NCBI GenBank assembly: GCA_963829525.1
Contig: CAWHIJ010000003.1
Span: 1,024,001-1,088,000, forward strand
Origin: an uncultured Actinomycetota bacterium
GTDB lineage: Bacteria > Actinomycetota > Actinomycetes > JAHEKZ01
Direction of reading: 5' to 3'
Length of the DNA stretch: 64,000 nucleotides
A program made the position numbers and the translations under genes. The notes under the pieces are model-generated. The model worked only from the letters and a program-made list of their open reading frames with translations, had not been told where the DNA came from and ran no database searches. This document shows, piece by piece, positions 18,204-28,763 of the stretch. Within the stretch, counting starts at the first letter, position 1. Each line of letters opens with the position of its first letter.

Positions 18204-19379
18204 GTGACAACCTCTGACTTGCCCATCGACCCGGTCTTCGCGCTCCACCGCGGCGGAAAGATCGAGATGCGCTCGACCGCTCGGGTCCGCGATGCCGAGG
18301 GCCTGGCCCTGGCCTACACGCCGGGCGTCGCACGGGTGAGCGAAGCTATCGCCGCCGACCCTGGCCTGGCCGACACCTATACCTGGCGCTCGCATGTCGT
18401 CGCCGTCGTGTCTGACGGCACGGCTGTTCTCGGTCTGGGTGACATCGGCCCGCTTGCGGCGTTGCCGGTGATGGAGGGGAAGGCGTTGCTCTTCAAGGAC
18501 TTCGGTGGGATCGACGCCGTGCCGATCGTGCTGGACACGAAGGACACGGACGAGATCGTTGAGACGGTGGCGCACCTTGCGCCAAGTTTTGGTGGCATCA
18601 ACCTGGAGGACATCAGCGCCCCGCGCTGCTTCGAGATCGAGAAGCGGCTGCAGGAACGGCTCGACATCCCGGTCTTCCACGACGACCAGCACGGCACTGC
18701 GATCGTGGTGCTCGCGGCGCTCGAGAACGCCATGCGATTGATCAACCGGCCACTTTCAGATCTTCGTGTCGTCGTCTCCGGTGCTGGCGCGGCGGGTGTT
18801 GCCGTCACCAAGATCCTGCTCGAGGCGGGGATCGGCGACATCGCTGTCGGCGACAGCAAGGGGATCATCCACGCAGGACGCGGCGAACTGGAAGGCATGA
18901 AGGAGCGGATCGCCGGCGCCACCAACTCCGCTGGCCTGACCGGATCGATCGAAGAGGCCATGCGGGGTGCCGACGTCTTCATCGGTGTCTCTGCCGGCAA
19001 GGTCTCCGAGGCTGCTGTCGCGTCGATGTCGTCCGACGCGATGGTGTTCGCGCTCGCGAACCCCGACCCCGAGGTGGATCCGTCGATGGCAGCCAAGTAC
19101 GCCAGGGTCGTGGCCACCGGCCGCAGCGACTTCCCGAACCAGATCAACAACGTGCTCGCGTTCCCCGGCATCTTCAAGGGTGCGCTCGAGGTTGGAGCCA
19201 CCCAGATCACGAAGGGGATGAAGCTGGCGGCCGCCAACGCGCTGGCGAAGGTGGTGGGCGACGACGTCGCCTTTGACCACGTCATCCCCAGCGTCTTCGA
19301 CCAGCGGGTTGCGCCTTCAGTTGCTGAAGCCGTATCCAAGGCTGCCCGCGAGGATGGCGTCCTGCGCCCGCATCACTGA
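18204..19379 (+). CDS. NAD(P)-dependent malic enzyme
   Basis: AYTPGVA, DGTAVLGLGDIG, PVMEGK, NLEDI, FHDDQHGTA, GAGAAG, TGRSDFPNQINNVL. Confidence 0.95.
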   Translation: MTTSDLPIDPVFALHRGGKIEMRSTARVRDAEGLALAYTPGVARVSEAIAADPGLADTYTWRSHVVAVVSDGTAVLGLGDIGPLAALPVMEGKALLFKDFGGIDAVPIVLDTKDTDEIVETVAHLAPSFGGINLEDISAPRCFEIEKRLQERLDIPVFHDDQHGTAIVVLAALENAMRLINRPLSDLRVVVSGAGAAGVAVTKILLEAGIGDIAVGDSKGIIHAGRGELEGMKERIAGATNSAGLTGSIEEAMRGADVFIGVSAGKVSEAAVASMSSDAMVFALANPDPEVDPSMAAKYARVVATGRSDFPNQINNVLAFPGIFKGALEVGATQITKGMKLAAANALAKVVGDDVAFDHVIPSVFDQRVAPSVAEAVSKAAREDGVLRPHH

Positions 19380-19389
19380 CCGGCGTATA

Positions 19390-19460
19390 CGTGAGCACTA
19401 GGTACATCCTCGGCCCGTGGGACGCCCCCGATCTGTACCTAACTCTCACGCGAGTGAGGG
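19390..19460. other. Long imperfect hairpin between convergent genes (terminator or structured RNA)
   Basis: CGTGAG..TAGGTACA (19390-19406) pairs with TGTACCTA..CTCACG (19434-19450); alternative hairpin CTCTCAC-GCGA-GTGAGGG. Confidence 0.5.
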
Positions 19461-19551
19461 TGGCGGTCCAGCGGGCGTACTGCCACGTCAGGGATGGCGG
19501 TGGCCGGTCAGAGGATTGCTAGTTCGTGGTCCAAGAGTGTGACGACCCTGG

Positions 19552-20025
19552 CTACTCCGGGTCGGTGACGTCCGCGATCTGCGCGTGAAGCGCCGCTAGC
19601 GCCTCGTCGGCATCGACAGCGATAGCGGTGTTGTTGACGCCGGCCCCAAGAGTGATGGCGCGTCCGGCGAGCAGCTCATCGGCGATCACGGGTAGCGCAG
19701 TCTTGGCGCCGAAGGGTGTGATGGTGCCCCTGGGGTAGCCGGTGACAGCCAACGCCTCGTCAGCATCGGGCATAGAGAGGCGGTTGACGCCAAGCAGGGT
19801 GCGCAGCTTGGGCCAGCTGATCACCCGGTCACCTGGCACCAGCACGAAGACAAAGTCGCCTTCGCCGCGGCGCACGACCATGGTCTTGACGACATCAGCG
19901 GCATCCACGCCTCGCGCAACGGCCGCTTCAGCGAGGCTGCGCACCGACCCATGGCGGATGACACGACGCGCCAGCCCCATCTGCTCAGCAGCCACCGCCC
20001 CGGGCGGCAGGTCTTCAGCCGTCAC
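19552..20025 (-). CDS. YbaK/EbsC aminoacyl-tRNA deacylase family protein
   Basis: VVKTMVV, LVPGDR.ISW.KL, TGY.RGTITPFG; GTGA overlap with the aldolase gene. Confidence 0.85.
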   Translation of the reverse strand: MTAEDLPPGAVAAEQMGLARRVIRHGSVRSLAEAAVARGVDAADVVKTMVVRRGEGDFVFVLVPGDRVISWPKLRTLLGVNRLSMPDADEALAVTGYPRGTITPFGAKTALPVIADELLAGRAITLGAGVNNTAIAVDADEALAALHAQIADVTDPE

Positions 20026-21059
20026 AGCGACGCTGGCACGACCTCGGCGACCAGACGCGCGAACGAGTCGATGTCGTCCTCGGTGGTGTCCCACGAGCAC
20101 ATCCAGCGCACCTCGTTGCGGGCCTCATCCCAGGCGTAGAAGGGGTAGGCCTCCTGCAGCTTGGCGATCGCTAGCTGGGGAAGGATGGCAAAGACACCGT
20201 TGGCCTGCACCCTCTGCGTGATGGTCACGCCGGGGATGTCGACGACGGCATTGTGCAGACGCTGAGCCATGGCGTTGGCGTGCGCGGCGTTGTGGCGCCA
20301 CAGGTCGTTCTCGAATAGCGCCAGGAACTGTGCAGAGATGAAGCGCATCTTGCTGGAAAGCTGCATCCCTTGCTTGCGGATGAAGGGAGTGCTCTCGGCG
20401 AGCTCCGGACGGAAGTAGACGATGGCCTCACCGCCCATGAGGCCGTTCTTGGTGCCGCCGAAGGAAAGGACGTCGACGCCGGCATCTGCTGTGGTCTCCC
20501 GGATCTGAACTCCCAGGGATACGGCGGCGTTGGAGATTCGGGCGCCATCCATGTGGAGGTACATGTCGAGCTCGTGCGCAGTGTCGGCGATCGCCTTGAC
20601 CTCGTCGACGGAGTACAGCGTCCCGAGCTCGGTCGACTGCGTGATGGCGACGACCCTTGGCTGAACGTGATGCACGTCGCCGCGTCCGATGTAGGCGGCG
20701 CGGATCATCTCGGGGGTCAGCTTGCCGTCCGGTGTCGGTACGTCCCAGAGCTTGCTGCCGAGGAAGCGCTCAGGTGCTCCGCACTCGTCCCAGTTGATGT
20801 GGGCGTTCTGGGTGCAGATGACGTTCTCCCACGGCCGCAGCAGCGACTGCAGGGCGGTGACGTTGGCACCGGTGCCGTTGAAGACGAAGAACACCTCGAC
20901 CTGCTCACCGAGCATCGAGCGAAAACGCTCAACGGTCTCTTCGGTATACGGGTCTTCGCCGTAGGACACGACGTGTCCCACGTTGACCTCGGCCAGCTTG
21001 GCGAGGACGTCGGGGTGGACGCCGGCGTAGTTGTCGCTGGCGAAGCCGCGGTGGTTCAC
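20022..21059 (-). CDS. Low-specificity L-threonine aldolase (PLP)
   Basis: FASDNY, FNGTGAN, DECGAPE, HMDGAR, SFGGTKNG, SKMRF. Confidence 0.9.
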   Translation of the reverse strand: MNHRGFASDNYAGVHPDVLAKLAEVNVGHVVSYGEDPYTEETVERFRSMLGEQVEVFFVFNGTGANVTALQSLLRPWENVICTQNAHINWDECGAPERFLGSKLWDVPTPDGKLTPEMIRAAYIGRGDVHHVQPRVVAITQSTELGTLYSVDEVKAIADTAHELDMYLHMDGARISNAAVSLGVQIRETTADAGVDVLSFGGTKNGLMGGEAIVYFRPELAESTPFIRKQGMQLSSKMRFISAQFLALFENDLWRHNAAHANAMAQRLHNAVVDIPGVTITQRVQANGVFAILPQLAIAKLQEAYPFYAWDEARNEVRWMCSWDTTEDDIDSFARLVAEVVPASL

Positions 21060-21769
21060 GAGGGCCCTCCGGAGTAGAGGCGGATGCGTTGTCCGTTCAT
21101 CTTGGCGCCAGCGGGGGAGGAGAGGTACACCAGGGCGTCGGCGATCTCCTCGGCCGGGACAAAGGTGCCCCAGTCCTTGTCTGGGTTCTTCTCACGCATG
21201 GCCGGTGTGAGGATCGCGGGTACAACCACGACGTTGGCGGTCGCCGTCGTGCCCTTGAAGCCGTTCGCCAGCGCCAGCACGACGGCCTCTGACGCAGCCT
21301 TGGCCGTCGCGTAGGCGGCGTTCTTGCTCGTGGGCGCTTGCGCCTCCTTGGCGGAGATGATGGCGAACCGGCCCTGTTCGGACGTCACGAGCGGCTCGGC
21401 GAAGGCGCGCACCACGTGCACCGTGGTGCGCACCAGCAAGTCGTGCAGCCACTCCCAGTCCTCCAGCGGTTGCTCCTGAAGGGGGGTGCCACCCCGCCAC
21501 CCACCCACGAGGTGCCACACGGCGTCGACCGGTGCCGACGCAGTGACGTCCGCAGCGAAGACACGGACCGCATCGTCGTCGAGCAGGTCGACGACGTGCG
21601 TGCTCTCAATGGAGTCGCTGAAGCGGGCCGCGAGCGCGTCGAGGCGATCCTGCGCGACGTCCACCAGAATCAGACGTGCCCCTGCCGCGCCGGCCGCCGC
21701 GACGACCGTCGGACCAAGGCCGCCAGCTGCGCCGGTGACGAGGACGCGACGACCAGCCAGCGGCGTCAC
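21056..21769 (-). CDS. SDR family oxidoreductase
   Basis: VTGAAGGLG, HLVGGWRGG, YATAKAA; GTG 21769 overlaps the corrected upstream stop. Confidence 0.85.
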   Translation of the reverse strand: MTPLAGRRVLVTGAAGGLGPTVVAAAGAAGARLILVDVAQDRLDALAARFSDSIESTHVVDLLDDDAVRVFAADVTASAPVDAVWHLVGGWRGGTPLQEQPLEDWEWLHDLLVRTTVHVVRAFAEPLVTSEQGRFAIISAKEAQAPTSKNAAYATAKAASEAVVLALANGFKGTTATANVVVVPAILTPAMREKNPDKDWGTFVPAEEIADALVYLSSPAGAKMNGQRIRLYSGGPS

Positions 21770-23851
21770 GCGGCTGCTCCGCTGGCCGACTCGATCGTGG
21801 GGAGCAGCTTGGCGCCCAAGCGATTGGTAGAACATGCTCAGCGGGAACTCATCAGGGTTGACCAGGTTGACCCACGCCTTGTGGTCGGCCTCGTCGCGTC
21901 CCGTACGCGCCTCCGGCGTCCACTGAGACGCGAGGTTTGGCTGGACGTACTTGCTCACGAGGTCGTGAGCGGCGATCCAGTAGCGCACCTTCGAGCTGCT
22001 GATGCCAGTGCGGTACAGCGCCTCGATCTCCAGCCGCAGCTCGTTGACGCCATCGGGCAGGCGGGCCCAGTCGATAGTCAGAGTGTTGTTGCGCCACGTG
22101 AGGATGCCGTTGTTGTGCAGGTATCCGAAAAGAACCTGGCCTGCCAGCCCGTCGTAGTTGCGGACGCGCCCACCGGTGAGTGGGAATCGGAAGAGGCGGT
22201 CGAAGAGGACGCCGTACTGCACGTACTCGGCGAACGGGAAGTCGCCAGCGATCTCGCCCGCCTGGTGAAAGGCGGTGAGGTCACACCGCAGCTCTTCCAG
22301 CGAGTACATCCAGAACGGAAGTCGCTTACGGATCATGAACGGGTCAAAGGGCAGTTCACCGTGGCTGTGTGCCCGGTCGTGGATGAGGTCCCACAGCTCG
22401 AACATGTCGCGGGTCATCGGCTCACTCGCGAGGAGCGCCGAGAGTGCGGGCGGCAGCTCAAGGGCGGTGATCTGCACGGCTTCGCCCACCACTCGCTGGT
22501 AGCGAGCTGCCTCGCGGTCGCAGAAGATGCCGCCAAAGGTGTTAGCGGCCTCACCGACGACGCTGACCGTCTCGGGGAAGAAGACCGCACATTCGCTGTC
22601 GTAGCCAGCGGTGTTGTCGACGAGGTGAACCGGAACGAACTTGTCGTTGGCGAACTGCGTGCTCTCCAGCTCAGCGATCCAGGCTGGCCATGGCACGCGA
22701 ACGATGAGGGCCTCGAAGCGGACATCGAGTGAGCCGTTGGGGGTGTACATCGGGAAGAAGGCGAGGTGCTCGACTCCGTCCGCACGCTGCAGCTCGGGGC
22801 GGAAGAGCGACAGCGCAGGACCGAAGTTGGGCTTGCCGCATCCGCCTTCGATCCAGGCGTCCAGGTCGACGATCACCTGTGCGAGGTACTCAGCTTGGTG
22901 GGGGAAGTACGGGGAAAGCCCCGCGACTGCAGCGCCGACGCGATCAGCGATCGCGCGCACCTGCTCCACCGGTGTGGCTGCGAGGTCGACAGTGGCGTCG
23001 GCGGCCTGCAGGGTCCTTAGCTCCTCTGTCGCCGCTTTCAGCTGAGCCCAGTTCGGGTCAGCGGCAGCGGCGGAGACGTGGTGGTCGACTTGTGACGCGA
23101 ACGTGGGCAGCGCGGCCCAGTAGGCCATGTTGACCCAGAGCTGTGCGTGGTCGAAGTCATCGATGCAGTCGTCCCCGAAGAGGTCGGAGTCGGCGGCAAC
23201 GACCACTCTGCCCTTGCCGGCGGTCGTGGCCGCGAGCAGCGGGGCCGCCGCCGGGGCGGCTGCCTTGCTCGAGCGGGCCAAAACGGTGACCTCGTCGTTG
23301 GGGCTGAGCGACCCCGCCCGGTAGAAGACCAGCTTCTCGACATCGGTGAGCAGCGGGTGGGCGGTCGCGATCTCAGACTCGACCCAGCTCGGTGCCTGGT
23401 GATGGCTTTGGTAGTCCTGAACGGTGGCGTGCTCGACGGTGATGCCAAAGCTGGCAGCGATGTCGGCAAGGTTGGAGTCGTACTTGTCCTGTTCGGACTC
23501 GGCCAAGATGACGAGCCCGCCGCCGGCCGCCACGAACGCGTGAATGGCCGCGACCTCGTCGTCGTCGTAGTGGGCCGATCCGACGCCGGTCGTCGCTTCG
23601 AACTTCGGCGAGCTGGCGTGTGGGAGCACAAGTACCGAGATGTCGGCGAGGGTCTCTGGTGTCAGGCGTCCCGTGGTCAGTGCCTCGACGACGAAGTCGC
23701 GACGGCGAAGCAGCCCGGCGGCCTTGGCGTACGAGCTGTCGCCTGGGTGTGCCGGCTGCATCTGGGCGGAGATGTCGGGTCGGATTGACCATGCTTGCTG
23801 GTGGGCCTCGTCGACGAGCACGCGGACGGACGCTGGACGGACGACGGACAT
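21766..23851 (-). CDS. DUF6421-like protein with an N-terminal GATase-like/DUF4350-type domain (probable 1-nt indel near 21815)
   Basis: N-domain VLVDEAH, FVAAGGGL, GKGRVVVAADSDLFGDD; C-domain FPMYTPNG, FCDREAAR, WDLIHDRAHSHGELPFDPF, LEELRCDL, RNYDGL; SD GGGGAG. Confidence 0.75.
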
Positions 23852-24001
23852 GGTCACTCCCCTGTGAAAGCAATGTCGTAGTGGCGATTCAGTCTCAGGC
23901 AACCCGGCTGAAAGGCAATTCTGCGGTATTCAGTCTATCTGACCGGAATATTGCCCGCCTAGAGACCATTGGCCCGCCGAAACAGATAGACGCCGGTCGA
24001 G

Positions 24002-24175
24002 TCAGTCTTCGTCGTCGAGCCTCGCGAGCCAGGTCGCGAACCGCTCGATGGCGGTCTCGAAGTCCGGGTTGAGGTCGACGAACACCTGCAGCTGGTCCGC
24101 GAGCCAGGCGAGACTGACCTGCTCTTCGCCACGCCGCGACGAGAGCTCCTCGATCCCGCGGTCGGTGAAGTACAT
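24002..24175 (-). CDS. DUF6104-like small protein
   Basis: MYFTDRGIEEL..RRGEE.V...WLA..L..FVDLNP.FE...ER.ATWLARLDD, typically found after kgd. Confidence 0.85.
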   Translation of the reverse strand: MYFTDRGIEELSSRRGEEQVSLAWLADQLQVFVDLNPDFETAIERFATWLARLDDED

Positions 24176-24185
24176 GACGGCCCGC

Positions 24186-27100
24186 TCAGCCGGCGGAGAA
24201 CGCACGCTCGACCAATGCGCGTTGCTCGTGGTCGTGGGCATGCGCGGAGCCGGTGGCCGGCGCCGAGCTGGCTGGACGCGAGACAGGACGGATCGGTTGG
24301 CCGAGTGCCTCGGTGAGGGCGAGCCCCATGAAGGGCCAAGCACCTTGGTTCGCGGGCTCTTCCTGAACCCATCGCAGCTCTGCCTGCCCGTACTTTGCGA
24401 TGGCGCGGAACGTCTCGTTGGTAGGCAGCGGGTAGAGCCGCTCGACGCGGACGATGGCGGTGTCGGTCTGCCCGGTCTCCTCGCGGTGCTTCAGCAGGTC
24501 GTAGTACACCTTGCCGCTGCAGAGCAGGACGCGACGGACGCCGTCTGCGGTGAGGGAATCGTTGGTGTCGGGATAGACGGGGTTGAAGTGTCCTGAGGTG
24601 AAGTCTTTGGTGGCAGACGCCGCGGCTTTGAGTCGGAGCATCGACTTCGGGGTGAAGACCACGAGAGGGCGTCGTACGGGCGACAACGCCTGCCAGCGCA
24701 ACAGGTGGAAGTAGTTCGCAGGTGTCGTGAGGTTGGCGATCGTCATGTTGTCCTGCGCGCACAGCTGGAGGAACCGCTCGATCCGAGCCGATGAGTGGTC
24801 GGGGCCCTGGCCCTCGTGACCGTGCGGCAGCAGCAGCACGAGCCCGGACTGTTGGCCCCACTTCTGCTCACCGGGCGCGAGAAACTCGTCGATGATGGTC
24901 TGGGCGCCGTTGACGAAGTCACCGAACTGGGCCTCCCACATCACCAGGGCCTCAGGGCGCGCGACGCTGTAGCCGTACTCGAAGCCCATTGCCGCAAACT
25001 CCGACAGAGGCGAGTCGTATACGTAGAGCTTCGCGCCCTTCTCGTAGCAGCGCTTCAGTGGCTTGTAGGCCCAACCGGTCTTTCGGTCGATGATCACCAT
25101 GTGCCGCTGACCAAAGGTCCCGCGGCGCGAGTCCTGGCCGGCGAGGCGCACCGAGATGCCGTCGCTGAGCACCGAGCCGATCGCCAATGTCTCACCCATG
25201 GCCCAGTCGATCGTGTCGTCCTCCACCATCTGGGCGCGCCGCTGCAGCTGTGGGGCGAGTCGGGGGTGGACCGTGAACCCGTCGGGGAGCTGAAGCTGGG
25301 TCTGGACGACGCGATCGACGGTCTCGCGGTTGATCGCCGTGACCACATCTCGTTCGGGTGTCTGGGGCGCCAGGGTGACCTCGCCGCGCTGCTCGACCTC
25401 GCTGGCCGGCTCAGCCATCTCGTCGGTGCTCTCGGCGGCCTCGCGCGTCTCGCGGAAGACCTTCTCGAGCTGCTCCTGGTAGTTGCGCAGGGCTCCCTCG
25501 GCCTCTTCGACGGTGATGTCACCGCGTCCGATCAACGCCTCGGTGTACAGCTTGCGGGCCGAGCGTTTGGCATCGATGACGTTGTACATGAGTGGCTGGG
25601 TCAACGATGGGTCGTCGGCCTCGTTGTGTCCGCGTCGGCGGTAGCAGACGAGGTCGATGACAACGTCCTTCTTGAAGGCACGGCGAAACTCAAAGGCCTC
25701 CTGAGCCACGCGAACGACGGCTTCGGGGTCGTCGCCATTGACGTGGAAGATCGGTGCCTGGACGGCGCGCGCGACATCGGTGGCGTAGACGCTGGACCGT
25801 GCGGCAGCGGGTGACGTGGTGAAGCCCACCTGATTGTTGACGACCACGTGCACGGTTCCGCCCGTGCGATAGCCACGCAGCTGGGAGAGCTCGAGCGTCT
25901 CGGCGACGACCCCTTGCCCGGCGAAGGCGGCATCCCCGTGCATCAGCACGGGCAACACGGTGAAGCCGGACTCGCCAAGGCCGAGGGTATCCTGCTTGGC
26001 GCGGGTGAACCCCTCCAGGACTGGGCTCACCGCTTCGAGGTGGCTGGGGTTGGAGACCAGCGAGACGTTGATCGTCGATCCGTCGGGAGCGGTGAAGGTT
26101 CCGTCGGCTCCGAGGTGGTACTTGACGTCTCCTGAGCCCTGCACGGCCTCGGTGTCGAGGTTGCCTTCGAACTCGCGGAAGATCTGGGCGTAGGACTTGC
26201 CGACGATGTTCGCCAAGACGTTCAGGCGGCCACGGTGTGGCATGCCGATGGCGACCTCGTGGAGGCCGGTGTGCGCAGCGGACGTGATGAGCTCGTCGAT
26301 CAGCGGGATGACCGACTCGCTGCCCTCGAGCGAGAAGCGCTTCTGACCGACGTACTTGGTCTGCAGGAAGGCCTCGAAGGCCTCAGCGGCGTTGAGGCGC
26401 CGAAGGATGTGCAGCTGCTCCTCCGCCGTGGGGCGGCTGTGTCCACGTTCGAAGCGCGCTTGGATCCACTCGCGTTGCTCGGGGTCCTGAATGTGCATGT
26501 ACTCGATGCCGATGGTGCGCGCGTAGGAGTCGCGCAGCACGCCCAGGATGTCGCGCAGCGTCATCAGCGGCTCGCCGCCAAAGCCGCCAGTCGCGAACTC
26601 GCGGTCGAGGTCCCAGAGCGTCAGCCCGTGGTTGACCAGGTCGAGGTCGGGGTGGCGACGCTGCTCGTACTCAAGCGGGTCGGTGTCTGCCATCAGGTGA
26701 CCGCGCACACGGTAAGCGTGAATCAGTTCTTGTACGCGCGCCGTCTTGTTGATGTCGTCCTCGTGGGACGCGCTGATGTCGCTCACCCAGCGGATCGGCT
26801 CGTAGGGGATCCGCAGTGCGGCGAAGACGCCGTCGTAGAAGTCGTCCTCGCCGAGCAGCAGCTTGTGGATTCGCTTCAAGAACTCGCCCGACTGGGCACC
26901 CTGGATGATCCGGTGGTCATAGGTCGAGGTCAGCGTCAGCGTCTTGCTCACCGCGAGTCTGGCCAGCGTCTCAGGTGACGCCCCTTGGTACTCGGCTGGG
27001 TACTCAAGGGCTCCGACGCCGATGATTGCCCCCTGCCCCTGCATGAGGCGAGGAACCGAGTGGACGGTGCCGATGGTGCCCGGGTTCGTGAGACTGATCG

Positions 27101-27908
27101 TCGTTCCGACGAAGTCGTCGACGCCCAGCTTTCCTGCTCTCGCCCTGCGGATGAGGTCTTCGTACGCCGACCAGAATCCGGTGAAGTCCATCATCTCGGC
27201 GGCCTTGATGGCCGGCACCATCAGCTGGCGGGTTCCGTCGGGTTTGACCAGGTCGATGGCCAGGCCGAGGTTGATCCGCTCTGGACGCGCGATCACCGGC
27301 TTTCCGTCGAGCTCGGCATAGCTGGCATTCATCGCGGGCATCGTCTTCAGCGATTGGACGACGGCCCAGGCGATCATGTGGGTGAACGAAACCTTGCCGC
27401 CACGGCTACGACGCAGGTGGTTGTTGATCACGGTGCGGTTGTCGATCAGCAGCTTGGCGGGGATCGCGCGGACGCTGGTCGCGGTGGGGACCGCGAGCGA
27501 TGCCTCCATGTTGGTGACGACCCGGGCAGCGGGCCCACGAAGCACCTGGGTGTCGACGTCCTCGGCCACGGAGGTGGGCCCGTTTGTTGATGCCGGAGCT
27601 GGCGGGGAGGCCGGCGTCGGGGTCCTCGAAGGCGGAACCGGAGCTGCTGGGGCCGGGGGAGGTGGGGTGGGGGGCGGTGCGGTCGGAGACGGTGGCGCTG
27701 GTTCTAGATGGACGGCACCAGGGTCGGTGGGAGGCACCGGGACGGCGGCGGGGCCACCCGTGCCGTCGCCGGGGCGATAGTCCTCGAAGAAGCCGTGCCA
27801 GGCCGGGTCGACCGACGCTGGGTCGGCGAGGTACTGCTGGTACAACTCGTCGACAAGCCACTGGTTCGGCCCGAACTCCGCTGCCGCTGACTGCTGCTGA
27901 GTGGTCAT
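24186..27908 (-). CDS. kgd: Multifunctional 2-oxoglutarate decarboxylase/dehydrogenase (E2-E1 fusion)
   Basis: [66 protein letters not shown]. Confidence 0.96.
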   Translation of the reverse strand: MTTQQQSAAAEFGPNQWLVDELYQQYLADPASVDPAWHGFFEDYRPGDGTGGPAAVPVPPTDPGAVHLEPAPPSPTAPPPTPPPPAPAAPVPPSRTPTPASPPAPASTNGPTSVAEDVDTQVLRGPAARVVTNMEASLAVPTATSVRAIPAKLLIDNRTVINNHLRRSRGGKVSFTHMIAWAVVQSLKTMPAMNASYAELDGKPVIARPERINLGLAIDLVKPDGTRQLMVPAIKAAEMMDFTGFWSAYEDLIRRARAGKLGVDDFVGTTISLTNPGTIGTVHSVPRLMQGQGAIIGVGALEYPAEYQGASPETLARLAVSKTLTLTSTYDHRIIQGAQSGEFLKRIHKLLLGEDDFYDGVFAALRIPYEPIRWVSDISASHEDDINKTARVQELIHAYRVRGHLMADTDPLEYEQRRHPDLDLVNHGLTLWDLDREFATGGFGGEPLMTLRDILGVLRDSYARTIGIEYMHIQDPEQREWIQARFERGHSRPTAEEQLHILRRLNAAEAFEAFLQTKYVGQKRFSLEGSESVIPLIDELITSAAHTGLHEVAIGMPHRGRLNVLANIVGKSYAQIFREFEGNLDTEAVQGSGDVKYHLGADGTFTAPDGSTINVSLVSNPSHLEAVSPVLEGFTRAKQDTLGLGESGFTVLPVLMHGDAAFAGQGVVAETLELSQLRGYRTGGTVHVVVNNQVGFTTSPAAARSSVYATDVARAVQAPIFHVNGDDPEAVVRVAQEAFEFRRAFKKDVVIDLVCYRRRGHNEADDPSLTQPLMYNVIDAKRSARKLYTEALIGRGDITVEEAEGALRNYQEQLEKVFRETREAAESTDEMAEPASEVEQRGEVTLAPQTPERDVVTAINRETVDRVVQTQLQLPDGFTVHPRLAPQLQRRAQMVEDDTIDWAMGETLAIGSVLSDGISVRLAGQDSRRGTFGQRHMVIIDRKTGWAYKPLKRCYEKGAKLYVYDSPLSEFAAMGFEYGYSVARPEALVMWEAQFGDFVNGAQTIIDEFLAPGEQKWGQQSGLVLLLPHGHEGQGPDHSSARIERFLQLCAQDNMTIANLTTPANYFHLLRWQALSPVRRPLVVFTPKSMLRLKAAASATKDFTSGHFNPVYPDTNDSLTADGVRRVLLCSGKVYYDLLKHREETGQTDTAIVRVERLYPLPTNETFRAIAKYGQAELRWVQEEPANQGAWPFMGLALTEALGQPIRPVSRPASSAPATGSAHAHDHEQRALVERAFSAG

Positions 27909-28033
27909 CCTCGCGTTGCTGCCCCTCGCTGATTCGTCGTCTCGACCGTCAGGGTATCCCCGCAACAGTGCAGACACCGGGTCGGACGTCCCGTGCGTTT
28001 GCACGCCTGTGCTTCCTCCCCCACGGTGGGGGA

Positions 28034-28750
28034 ATGGAATCTTCCAGGATCGCCCTCGTGACGGGGGGCAGCAGAGGGATCGGTCGAGCAGCGGCAACTG
28101 GGCTTGCCGAACACGGCTTCACCCTCGTCATCGTCGGTCAGGACACGCACCGGGTCATGCTGGCGGCACAAGAGATGGTCGCGGCCGGCCACGATGTGAT
28201 CGGCCATGTCTGTGACGTCACCGATGCGGCAGACGTCGCACGGCTCCGCGCAGACCTTGTGGATCTTGGGCCGGTGGAGGTACTTGTCAACTCCGCCGGG
28301 GTGATGAGCGATCGGACGGCCAAGACACTGCGGGCCACCCCAGACGAGTGGCGCCGGGTCATCGACGTCAACCTCTTCGGCGCCATCCACCTCATCGGCC
28401 AGTTTGGCCCGGAGATGGTCGAACGTCGGCGCGGACGGGTCATCAACGTCTCGGCGTGCCTGGGCCGGTTCAGCGGCCCAGGGTTGGCCGGCGGGCTAGC
28501 GCCATACCGGGTGAGTAAAGCCGCGCTGAACGCGCTCACCCGAAATTTCGCAGCTGAAACTGGGTTCGGTCGCAGGGGGATCCTCGTCGATGCGATGTGT
28601 CCGGCACACTGCCGCACCGACATGGGGGGTCCAGAAGCTCCGCGCTCGGCTGGGGAAGGAGCCGACACCATCGTCTGGCTCGCGACACGTCACTCCGATG
28701 GCGTGGAGACTGGCCTGTTGTGGGAGGACCGGCAGCCCATCGCCTGGTGA
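28034..28750 (+). CDS. SDR family oxidoreductase
   Basis: [25 protein letters not shown]. Confidence 0.88.
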   Translation: MESSRIALVTGGSRGIGRAAATGLAEHGFTLVIVGQDTHRVMLAAQEMVAAGHDVIGHVCDVTDAADVARLRADLVDLGPVEVLVNSAGVMSDRTAKTLRATPDEWRRVIDVNLFGAIHLIGQFGPEMVERRRGRVINVSACLGRFSGPGLAGGLAPYRVSKAALNALTRNFAAETGFGRRGILVDAMCPAHCRTDMGGPEAPRSAGEGADTIVWLATRHSDGVETGLLWEDRQPIAW

Positions 28751-28763
28751 AGAGCCGACCGCG

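Noticed and set aside
17751-18692. Long N-terminal extension of SodN
   Set aside because: Antisense to sodX and malic enzyme. The real start at 17750 has an SD and gives a normal propeptide.
21056-23902. 948-aa DUF6421-SDR fusion in the ORF track
   Set aside because: Removing one G near 21815 gives a natural end (LGAKLLPTIESASGAAA-stop) whose TGA overlaps the SDR GTG. A sequencing indel is more likely than a real fusion.
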